DNA of 64,000 nt, taken from the NCBI GenBank assembly GCA_040954595.2, contig CM082580.2:8906390-8970389 (forward strand), written 5' to 3'. Positions 1 through 10,987 of the stretch are shown here, in pieces. The stretch's first letter is position 1. Each line of letters starts with the position of its first letter. This DNA comes from Balanoglossus misakiensis. Lineage: Eukaryota; Animalia; Hemichordata. The notes under the pieces were generated by a model that was not told where the DNA came from, did not search any database, and worked only from the letters and a program-made list of their open reading frames with translations. The position numbers and the translations under genes were made by a program.

Positions 1-740
1 GATGGGGTTCTTTTGGCGACGAAAAGATTACGGACATGTTTTTGAAGATGTTTTTTGTGTGCATTATGTACCAAAGATGTCGAATTCAATACACTGATTC
101 TGATAACCCATACATTCAAAGACGCGTGCCATCCAATGGCCCTGGGATCAACCGAACAGTTCCTTAGCAACGAGAAACTACCTTTGACTACAGCTATTAA
201 GGAGCCGATCCCCGAAGACTTGCATCTAGTCTCTTTATTTCTAGCCGGGAGTCGATATGTACGTCAATGATAGCAAAAACACCCATTATTTGAACGGAGA
301 CGCTGTGTTCAAACCTACAATTACTGGGATATGCATTGTGGTGAATGATTCAGGACGAACATGCAAAGGCCAACAGTACACTCTATCTCGCGCTGTGGGG
401 TGTATTTTTGACAAGATGTAATCTAAAAAAAGTGTTTTCTCCAGAGTGAGCAAACACATTTGTTCCCCGTAAATAAAAGTCTTAAGCCCTTTCTCATACT
501 TTGCTCAAGACAACTTCAGATCATTTTCTCGAATTTGTAAAATAAAATACCTGGGGTGTCACCATGCAAAATTTCGAATGAGTGAGCGAAATTGTCTTAA
601 GTATGAAATACAAAATGGTTAAATCCATGGAAAAAGGGAATCTGGTTAAAATCAGATGAACAGGGTACGGCAACCCCTTTTACTTCGCGGGACAGCATAA
701 GAATACAGTACCTTGATCAAGGATGAAATGTATTTACCTG

Positions 741-742
741 CA

Positions 743-790
<48 letters not shown>
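741..790. repeat. (CAGT)n microsatellite
   Basis: About 12 CAGT units with one AAGT variant, downstream of the GPCR stop. Confidence 0.95.
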
Positions 791-975
791 CCAACCCAAC
801 CCCCCAATCAATCAACCCTCCTCCCTTGCAATTAATTACCATTTTATACCAATCCCAAAAGGGAGTGTACGGATCCTGCTTGCTAGAAAGTAATAATTCC
901 GTCAAATCCACATGGATGCTTACGATCATGTCCAACGATTCAAGAAGAACGCGTGCGTGCACGTGCTCGCTGCAG

Positions 976-2082
976 CTACGATACAACGAACACGTCAACT
1001 GTTGAGGTTTTGCTGGCGACGGGACGCCTACACAAATCCCGACAGTCCCAAAGCCCGCGTAGGAGTTTGCCATAGGAACGGCGGAAACTCGGATTCGTCC
1101 ACCCGTATATGAGAGAGTTCATCGCGCTGTTGGCAAACCACAGAGAGGAGACGCCGAAGGGAGCGCCCTTTCGCGGGTCCATCAGGTAAAACCAATAGTG
1201 CGGGGTGATGCACAGGGTGTACGTCAAAAACGCCACGAAGAGGGACTTGGTGACCACAATGTCACGGCGGGACACGCTGCCGCCCTGGGGTGCCGCGTCC
1301 AGCGCCCGAGTCTGCCGCTTCACCTGGCGGATGGTCATCCAGATCTTCACGTAACAGAAGATGATTGTCGGGTAGGGCAGGGAGAAGTTCAACACTATCG
1401 CGGCGATGAAGTAGTAGATCCCGCTTCCCCTGGCGTCGAAGAGACATATCAGCTCGTCGCCTTTGAAGTGGTAGTCCGGCAGGAAGCCGAAAAAGGGAGT
1501 CGTGGCGAAGGCGAATCCGTAGAGGTGGGCGCCGAAGCCGAGGAGTGCCGTCCTCCGCCTCGACAGCATCTTGGACCCGCCCGGCTGCTTTCTGCAGACC
1601 GTGACATACCGATTGATGGCGATCAGCGTCATGCATATCGTCGAGCAAACTCCGCTCTGAATCATCAGGAAGGCGAAAGTCTGGCAGAGGAAGTTTCCCG
1701 TGTCGCCGTGGTGCTGGTAGCCGAAGCTGCGCCCGTTGGTGGCATAAGCCACGATGACGATACCCGTCAACACCGTCGAGGTGAAAATGTCCGAGACGGC
1801 CAGGACGAAGACGAGCAAGTTGGACGGGGTCCGCAGGTGGCGGTACCGCGCCACGGACGCCAGCACGAGCAAGTTGCCGGCGAACCCGACGAGGACCACG
1901 GGAACCAGAAAGGCTATTGCCACGCTTCTCTGAACGACCGACACAGATTCGACGAACGGGAAATCTGAAGTCGCCGAAGTAGTAGATGGTCCGCTGATGT
2001 CTCCGACACCGGGCGCCATCTCCACAGACTTGTTCAAGTTGGAGGGCTCGACAGAAAAAAACACCGTCGTACTCGCAGCCAT
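976..2082 (-). CDS. Class A (rhodopsin-like) GPCR, melatonin-receptor/moody-like, single coding exon
   Basis: 368-aa ORF with 7 hydrophobic segments. Motifs: GN in TM1, LAVSD in TM2, NRY (in place of DRY) at the end of TM3 as in melatonin/moody-type receptors, and NSAMNSLIYG..N..FR in TM7/helix 8. Confidence 0.9.
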   Translation of the reverse strand: MAASTTVFFSVEPSNLNKSVEMAPGVGDISGPSTTSATSDFPFVESVSVVQRSVAIAFLVPVVLVGFAGNLLVLASVARYRHLRTPSNLLVFVLAVSDIFTSTVLTGIVIVAYATNGRSFGYQHHGDTGNFLCQTFAFLMIQSGVCSTICMTLIAINRYVTVCRKQPGGSKMLSRRRTALLGFGAHLYGFAFATTPFFGFLPDYHFKGDELICLFDARGSGIYYFIAAIVLNFSLPYPTIIFCYVKIWMTIRQVKRQTRALDAAPQGGSVSRRDIVVTKSLFVAFLTYTLCITPHYWFYLMDPRKGAPFGVSSLWFANSAMNSLIYGWTNPSFRRSYGKLLRGLWDCRDLCRRPVASKTSTVDVFVVS

Positions 2083-3788
2083 GTGTGCAAAATTGGGGTG
2101 ATTTAAATTGAGAGCATGCAGTCGTTATGACGACATACATGTATATCTGATCTTACTAGTAATACTGAACGGTGTGACGGATCCATCTCCCATGCGCGTC
2201 TTTCTTTTACGTCACAACATAACGCCCAGATTTCCGGCATAAATTTCACGGCACAAGCCACATCTACCATGCATCGACGGATCAAGATCATATTGTGCCT
2301 GGCAAGTATAGGACCTACTCTAGATTTGCGGCAAAGTTTGTCTGCAAGGCATGATATCCAAAGCCAAAGCTCGCAGATCACGTGATAAGGTATTAGAGCA
2401 TCCAATTTTAAAGAGCACCCGGTAGCTATCAGTGAGCTCTTAGGCCTGGTACACGCATCCGGATAATTGGCACGCAAATTAAACGCGCTGGGGAAGCAAT
2501 TCCTCGTACGCACCATGAAATACACACGTCGTTTTCAATTACACGACGTTGTTTCTGAAACCGGGTTTTCAGACTGAAGAAATCTGACAACTGGAACGGT
2601 TTCGTTGATTTTCCCCGGAAACACACCGATACGGAACTGCGTGTCCCAAATCAGCTGAACTTATTCTTAAATTAATATCCTACAGGCAAACACCGATCCG
2701 AGTAAGCAAATACTAGTACACGTAGTAAGAAAATGTGGGTTGACTAATACAAATATATTTGGGTTGTCTAATACCAAGAGGTAATATCTTCATCATTGGC
2801 AGTACGAAAATTCACACGGTAGAAAGAGACCAAAAGTGCAGTTATAGGCCTATACATGTTTTACATCCATGCACTTTTCACGACCGTGCAACTTACGTAC
2901 TTTTTCACACAACTGCGGTAGTTTAAAAGAAGATATCGATTAAAGGGAGTAGCTTCAGTATGAACCTCCGGGATCTGTGACGTACAGTGACGAAGCAAAT
3001 GCCATACAGCTCACGGGTTAGAATTGCAATCCACTCAAGCACAGTGATACTCGTGTTTGTGTCACGTACATGCCTGACGGTTAGCGATGAAGGATTCTTG
3101 ACAAATTATCTTGGTTTTTTTCCCAACTTAACGAAAAAAATATTAAAGTTTACTTGAGCTATAGAAGAAATAACACCCAGTAAGGTTTCTAAAACACACC
3201 GCTATACGTGCCAAATAGCCTTTTTTGAACACGATGAAAAAAATATTTCTAAGAAAGCTCTAATGGATCGGATATTGGGCAGTTATAGGTGATTTTCATG
3301 CGGAAATAATAACAGACATAGGAGTTTCTGGGAACTTGTTAGTATTTCCTGGGGGGTCTTCCCACACATTATAATTTCATACTGCCTCAAATACTCTGTG
3401 TGCAGAGACTGATTAGACACATATGCCACCGTCATGGTCATAAACAGATTATTCAGCTGCAGCGACCCACACCTGGATATTTGACGCACCATTGACGTAT
3501 GTGTGTGTGTCTAGGGGTGTGCTCAGTAAGCAGAAAGGTGAATGCAGACACACACAGCGCATCAAATTCTTACGTATTGTCACCATAAAACGGCACAAAA
3601 ATGATTGCTTTCAATATGCATCCGTCACCCAGAGAAATTAATCTGATTTTGCGAACCTGTTACATCAAGCACAGCTTGCGCGACTCCGACTGCTGTGGGT
3701 AATCCGAAACTTATGTTTTGATTCAACACAAAATGGCGAAAATCGGGCGTGTTACATACCCGTCTTGGGATTTGCATATTTTATCTGG

Positions 3789-6561
3789 ATGTCGTGTGCC
3801 CGGGAAGCGGTTTGCTATGGGATGATGTGGCTGAGGACATTCCAGGCTGTCTTCTGTTTCCTGAGCTGTTTCGTGACGCTGGCGGCCCTTGTCTCGCTCT
3901 ACGTGCTGCACGAGACGCCCCCGTGGCATGCTCGAACAAGGCAACCGGGACAGCAGGTAAAAGTCGAGTTCAGAACGCGGTGAAAATACTGACAGTATTA
4001 AATTGTGCGCGAATTTGTTTTGCGTGTCCGCTGTCTGTATGGGAAAAATCGAAAGTGCGATATCATGGGTTAGGCCCTGCATGCATGCAACTCTAACGAG
4101 TTGGACGGCAAAACTTGAAAATGGGATATTTTCGACAAGTTAATAAAATCTCTAATATTGCTCACCAGTTTTGTGTAACAGAGATTATTTCCCAGTCAAT
4201 ATGGCAACAGATTTACAGGCTCCATTGCAATAGATTGCCCGGCTCAACTTTTGATCGCTTGCCTCAAAAGTAGACCATTAATAGCATGTGGCCAATCATG
4301 ACTGGGATTTATAACCAAAAGTTTGTCATTAATTGAGCCAGCCAGTCGTGCCAAATCCTGTCCATACACAGCATGAAGTTCAAAAGACGAACGGAAAATA
4401 TAATTACTAAATCTAAGCAGATTTGCGCTGTTTTCAACATATCCGATTATGCTAAAATAGTTCAAATCCTGTTAGTATTTCATTGTTGAGCTTTGGACGC
4501 GATAGTCAGACATGAGTAACACAACGCTGCACACTTTCGAACCACGTCAATTTTGTAGCGTCCCCTTTCATCAGCGAGGTAGGCCTTGCTAACGATATCC
4601 AGGATACAACTATCAATATTGAATGACTCGTTTACTTTTCGGATGTCACTGCTGAGAACAAAACATAGTGACCATGGCGACCAAAGCATGACAATCTGCG
4701 CATGCACAACTATGGGAGGAGAAAGACTGCGTGTCCCCGATGTTTGAATATTGTGTATATTTTAATTAAAATCTACTTTCTGTCATTTCCAATGGCAACC
4801 TTTCGCATTTTACACTTTCAGAGAAATGGCGGGAACGTTTCCAGCGAATTCGGGCATGTTGCGGTTGATGACGGACCACTGCCGACACAGGTAACACAGG
4901 GACCACCAGAGGGAAGGAGCAAGCTTGCGAATTCGAGTACGACGCGTGACGATCTGTCAAAGGCTCGACATGACCACGAAGCTAGGGTGGAGAACACGAC
5001 GCGATACCTCCTGCCTTTGTTGAAGTACGGTCCTCCCGGCCCGAACTCCTTGTACAACTCGATCCGGTTCGCTGTAAACATGGCCTTGCAGCAGAACCGT
5101 AGTCTGGTTGCCGTGCCGTTTAAAAGACACTGGAAAGAGCGCCTGGCAAAAAACCAGACGCGGTTTGTTCGGTTCCGTGAAACGTTTGACGTCGGAAGAC
5201 TGTCTAAACTTGTGCCGGTGGCGTCGCTGGAAGACTACAGACAGGACTGTGGCAGGAAAATCCCGGTTGATTCAATTGTTAACATGGCTGTCACTAAAGT
5301 CAAATGGGAGCTGACAAATATGGCAAAATTCGGACCACCGGGTCAAGGGGCCAAGGAAAAGTACCACTCAGAAACGAGACCGCTGTATTCAACAACATTG
5401 GACATCGACCTCCCCGGTATTAAAAATTACAGTAAACAGTATCGAAGAATGGTGGAACGATTTTACTCGTCTGAAAACGTCAGGTGTCTGGCAGTCTTCT
5501 TACTGGATGCCCAGGGGGTGTACAGCGTCGTGGACAACTACCATGTCGATGCGTACCCGAAAATTGACGAATATTTGACCAGGGCGCCCTACGTCCGGGA
5601 AATGGCAGAGGACGCGGCTGGTTTCATCTCTCAGGGCAGACCGTTTGGCGCTATGCACTGGCGAAACATGACGGGAGAAGTGTGAGTTTCATTCATTCAT
5701 TCATTCATTCATTCATTCATTCATTCATTCATTCATTCATTCATTCATTCATTCATTCATTCATTCATTCATTCATTCATTCATTCGTAATTGCATTTCC
5801 GACTAATCTCATTTCAGATGTAAAAGAGACCCGCTTGCATGTGAAGAAGGCCCCCAGAAACTCCTGAGGCTCCACTCAGCAACTATTGCTGAGGCAACGG
5901 CGAGATTTCTTCAAACCTTCAATATATCTTGTCTGTACGTATCCTGTCCCCTGTACGGATGTGTGAGTACTATTGAAATTTGAAGCTTTTGGAAATCTAA
6001 ATTTACAATACTTGTAGGCCGTACAATATAGTGTTTTAGTTTTGTGACTTACACCGTTTCAGCAAAACCCGTCACTATAAATGAATGATATCTTTCGTAT
6101 ATACCACTTTTTTTTCTAAACCGAATCAGGATATAGTGCAGAATCTCAAGCAGTTTATTCCTCGGGTGATATCACGTGACAACATCACGGAATCTCTCGG
6201 CGAAATTGCCAGGTACAAAGAGGACACGTACGTCATATCGTTAGTGGAACAGGAAATTGCCGTCAGTAAGTCATAATTTATAACTTTAAATAAAAAGCAA
6301 AATAGCCATATATTCTGGCCTGCTCATACTCAACATCGTAACTTTTTTTTATCTTAAATCAAGTTACATATTGTCACAACACCCCCTTTTCTGTGATTTT
6401 GACCAACAGAAGCCGCGGTTTTCATCAAGAATCGCTGGTCGAACTGGTCCGACTTCGTGGAATACTCCAGGAACGTTGAAGGAAAGCCAACGATCCCTCT
6501 TCCTGACATTCCAGGAATTCCCGAGGAGCTGAAATCCTTGCCAGAACTCATCAAGAAGTGA
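3789..6561 (+). CDS. Type II membrane GDP-fucose O-fucosyltransferase-like protein (POFUT/O-FucT-like GT-B fold), 5 exons
   Basis: Deduced exons 3789-3956, 4822-5681, 5818-5962, 6130-6265 and 6410-6561, with GT-AG introns and a continuous frame. N-terminal TM anchor (FQAVFCFLSCFVTLAALVSLYVL). Motifs GPNS...NRSLV, AMHWR, LYVSCP and SLVEQEIAVKAAVFIKNRWSNWS resemble O-FucT family motifs. The start could be the downstream MMWLRT. Confidence 0.75.
5688..5786. repeat. (TTCA)n microsatellite filling most of a short intron
   Basis: About 25 TTCA/ATTC units immediately after the GTGAGT donor at 5682. Confidence 0.95.
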
Positions 6562-6764
6562 AATCCCAGATTGAGGAGTGCTTTACAGAAAACTTGATAA
6601 AAAGTATGGCAATGTGTATAGTAAATAAAGTCGAACTTTACACCATGGTTTTCTGAATATGGACAGATAAATCTATCTTCCAAAATAGACGCTCACAATA
6701 ATATTCTCAACAGGAAGCTTGGTGATCATGAATAATGCCCAATCCATCTCCAAGTTTTATGATA

Positions 6765-8871
6765 TCAAAGGTGGGTTACATTTTCTGTTGAACTACGACA
6801 CTGTTCGTAGATGGAGGATGTTCTTGACGTCGAATCCCACTCGCACAGTCTCTTTGCGTGTGGCATAGCACGCGGGGTCTCTCTTGTACCTCGGGGGCGT
6901 CGTCGCCATCTGCGCAACGGCAACTCCAGGAGCAGGGTCGCTGCTGCCAACAGCAAGGCGCCTCCAGCGACGCAGAATGATATGGTGTAATCCTTCGTTC
7001 GGTCGAACAGCCAGCCTGTAAGTGGGAAGGTAAACATGTTGGTATCATGGTCTTTACTTAGGACCTTCTAATACCGATGCTTCTTTTTTAACATGGTGGG
7101 TATACTGAGTCAACGAGCAGCAGAAGTTTGCGTGTTCGGTAGCAGCATCATGCATTTCCCCATAAATTGATATCTGATAGTTAGCCACACATACAAACAC
7201 CTGCCCTATCCAGTAATAGCTGACGACACAGTGATGCCGGCCAATTATAGGTTACATATGGTTAACTTTTGCAATCAACAGGTGGTTACGACCTACCTCC
7301 AACCGGTGGTCCAATACATTCGCCAACTCCCATACCGAGAAACGATAGTCCGAGAGCGCTGGGCAGGTGTTCACTGCCGACGAAGTCTTTCATGACTACG
7401 GCCACGAGCGGCATAAACATGCCGCTGCCGACCCCGACCAAGGCGGCCAAGATAGTTAAACTGACGTAGTTGTTGGCGATAGACATGAAAATCGCGGCAA
7501 GGCCGCAGACGGCGGTGCTGGCCATGTACACCCGCACGGGAGAGAGCAGGTCGGTCACGCCGACAAAGCAGCCGTGGGTCAACCTGGCGAGCAGACTGAA
7601 CACCCCCATCACGGTCTGCAAGAGCGACGCCTCGAGTTTAGGGACACCCAGATACACGGCGTTTGGAATCATGTGTACGGTTACCGTGAAAAACCCGAAG
7701 GCGTTCAGTGCCATGGCAGCAGTCATCAGTAAAAACTGTTCATTGGTGTAAAAGAGAGATATGTTTAAATAACTTGCAAGTTTTCGCCACACTTTTGCAG
7801 CGCGACAACCTTTGACTCGCCTTCTCTCTTGTCTTGTTACGCCAGAACACCGAGATTTGTCTGCAGTCTTGGGTCTTTCGGCGACGTTGCCCGGTGGCAG
7901 CGGTCGCAAAAGTAGACTCGTCGCAAACATGTTCAAATTGATGGCGCCCGCAATGACCAGGGCGCCTCTCCATCCGTAGGTATCGATCATCACTTGCCAC
8001 AGAGGCGGCATTGCCATCAGGCCCACACCGGATCCGACATAAGCGATTCCATTGGCGAGAGCGTGCCTTCGTTCAAAATACTGTCCAATGAGAGAGACGC
8101 TTGGAACGTATGCTAGCCCGTAACCAAAACCTGGACGCAAGAAAAGAGAGCAATGTGGGGGTTACCAAACATTTTATGAGAGAATAAACTAAACTTGCCT
8201 TGAGCAGAATATGAGAAAAATTAAATTAAGACTTTAATTGTCGAGGCGCACTGGCATACTATACAGGTGCATAAACCAAACTATTGTTGCCGCGTGGACG
8301 TGGAGAACACGCGTCAAACTCACCTGTCATGATACCGCAGGTGACCAAGAGTACGGGAACGCTGTTGGCGAAGGCACTGGTAATCCATCCTGCAGAAGAG
8401 ACTAGAGCCCCGGCAGCAGCCACGGGGCGCGAACCGAACTTCTTGCTCAGAGCGCCGGCGACTGGACCTGTGGATATCAAAAGTTTTGTCTCTTGGACAA
8501 CGCATGAGGTTGTGGGTGTCTAGGGTTTATAACTGCAAGAGACTCGGATTCGTGAACAAAGAAAACTGAACCAGATGTGAATATGCCCCCATGGCTGACA
8601 CGTTATGTGTCATTATAATTATTTTGTAGATATGAACCAGTATTACACACTTACTGGTGAATAGCTGCACGGCAGTGGACAGTGACGGCACCCACGACAC
8701 ATCGCCCACGTCGTTCCCGAAATACTCCACCCACCTAACAACCAAGACGCCAAGTGAGTACGTCAGACCCACCACCAATATCAACATCACGTGGCAGTGG
8801 AGGACGATGAACCAGCCCCAGCTTCTACTGTGAATGGTGCCATGGCAACCAGGCTCTCCCTTCTTCATCAT
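6765..8871 (-). CDS. Monocarboxylate transporter (SLC16/MCT family, MFS), 4 coding exons
   Basis: Exons 8871-8655, 8467-8324, 8130-7297 and 7015-6765. Motifs SWGWFIV, KFGSRPV, GFGYGLAYVP...YFERRHALANGIAYVGSGVG and GPPVGGWLFDRTKDY are typical of SLC16. Confidence 0.9.
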
Positions 8872-9887
8872 CGGGACCTCCAGAGGAAAGAGAGAAGGAG
8901 AAAACCCCACTAAAGCGCACGTTTATGGCCGGGCGCTCTGGAAGGAAATTGCTTTAATCTATGAACGACATAAGCGCACGTATTGTGCGATCGTGAAATA
9001 TGCGAGATAAGTATTCGGGTAATATAAATTGGTCACAGAAAGATTTACAGACAAGTCTAGCTTTACCTCGTCAGACCGGTGTAAACTTATCATTAACCTT
9101 CCAGATGGTCAATATTTGTCGAGAAATGACTGACGGCTGGTCGACAGCAGACAACTTTCAAGGGCGTGAGCGAATTTATCACTTGCTCTATAATATTTAT
9201 CGTAATATTATTTATATTACAGTCGCGTTTTGCATTTATCCGACCGTGATCGGACTTTGTACAGTGTCACAAATTTCCATTGTGAAATAACATGCACATG
9301 GTGATTTAGGGGCTTTGGAAGTTAGGAGTTCGACAGCTCTACCGCTAACCTTGGAAACAATTACGCAAGAAATAAATATCCCCAGGGAAATATTGCGGAT
9401 TGAGAGAAATTGAATAGGACCAAAAAGAAAGACCCAATAATTGCTATGAATGCGCTTGCGCGAAAGAGTTGTTCCAGACTGTTAAAAAACACAGTTAATT
9501 ATGATGTGGATAATATAAGCCTAGGTCGATCACACATCCTCCCCCGCAAAAAAAAAAAAAAATATCAGCACTGAGCCGAGGGATCTCATAAACCGAACGG
9601 TCTATTGGAATCTACAGACCATAGTTTAGAAATTGTGCTGCAATCGATGGAACCCGGGCCTAACCCAACGATGTAATATAGACCGTCGGTACGGACGTTA
9701 ATAGCAGAAATAAATGATGTCACATTCGATGATCAACAATGAAATGATCATTTCTATTTTTATTCTTAAGTCACCCGACTTATAGAGTGCGTCGTCTCCT
9801 GCGTTAGGTGATTATTGCCGGTCGGTCCGAGACGAAAGTGTCGTTGTACCGCCTGCAGGCCGTGGGTTTCTTAAAAAAATACTGGGC

Positions 9888-9915
9888 TGAAAGTGGGAAA
9901 CGATGAAACGAAAGT
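9888..9915 (+). promoter_or_regulatory. Clustered IRF/ISRE-like GAAA repeats upstream of DD gene 1
   Basis: TGAAAGTGGGAAACGATGAAACGAAAGT contains four GAAA cores including GAAACGAAAGT, about 1.1 kb upstream of the ATG at 10988. Confidence 0.4.
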
Positions 9916-10916
9916 CTTACCGACTGTGCTCACCAGAGAACATCCAGGGTTTACCGGTGCATTGTGCTATGTTCGTTCGATGACACTCTGGACTGTTCCG
10001 GGATGTGACGTGTTCTAGTTCTGCGGTCATGCCCTTCTACTACACGCCGCGGCGGGCGTTCTCATATCCCGTGATGACCCCCACACCGTGCGTGAAAATC
10101 CAGGTTTTACAATTGCATTGGCCTCTGTTCAGTGACACTTCAGACTGTTTCGGGGACGTATTGTGCGGTCATTATGACCTTCATACATCTAACACTATTT
10201 AAGAGATCATCGTGGAATGGGACATTTATAGTCACCTATGGTAATTGAAATCGATTGGCGGAATCTATTACATCCGTCAAAGAAAATATAACCATTAGAG
10301 CTACTTTGGGAATAGATTGAATTATTTCATCTGAACGTCAAATGTCAAGGCATGAGGGGCGTGCTTTTGATGATGTTGGGGAGGGGTAATTAAAATTTGC
10401 ACTGGCATCATTTCGTGAGTGCACACAAATGATTGTACAAATAAAACCGTCAGAATAAAGGGTTTCCATAGATACGAAAAACATTAATTTATGGCATTAT
10501 ACAACACCTTGAACCAATTCCACTTAACACATATTTCTGTCAATCGTACAAAAGAGATTTGAATTTATACCATTGGTGACATCAGACCTCCTTTACTCCA
10601 GTCGACTTAATATATACCGCACTGCAAATTAACGTAGTGCCTCGACCCATGAAAATGCATTCGACGTTTCCCTTAACAGCTCTCGCGACATCGGCAGTGT
10701 CTATAAATGCACACCGATGCCGAACGATCATAGCAACGAAAAAACACACACCTTCGGATCAACTTACACGGGCGGCTTTAGAAAGCGAGAAAGCCACACC
10801 ATTGTGTTCGTGCCCCCGCTCGGACGTACAGCGATTGTAGACCGAATCTGCGAGGAGGGGAGCTGGTCTTGAAGACTCACTGACGTATAGTTTGCCAGTC
10901 CGACGGAGACCACAGT

Positions 10917-10926
10917 GGACTTTCCC
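10917..10926. promoter_or_regulatory. NF-kappaB-like site
   Basis: GGACTTTCCC (reverse GGGAAAGTCC) shares 9 nt with the canonical GGGACTTTCC and lies about 60 bp upstream of the ATG at 10988. Confidence 0.35.
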
Positions 10927-10987
10927 ATAATGGAATGACTTCGTTTCCCAGGAAAATCGTCTCCATGGCTGTGATCAACGAATAAGG

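Noticed and set aside
1198-2140. Long alternative-frame and antisense ORFs (256 aa +, 292 aa -) overlapping the first GPCR
   Set aside because: Shadow ORFs caused by the GC-rich codon bias of the real gene. They have no recognisable domain.
5682-5867. Repeat-peptide ORFs (FIHS here; also MYVC at ~24.7 kb, IY at ~42.7 kb, poly-H/D/M at ~45.7 kb)
   Set aside because: Translations of microsatellites.
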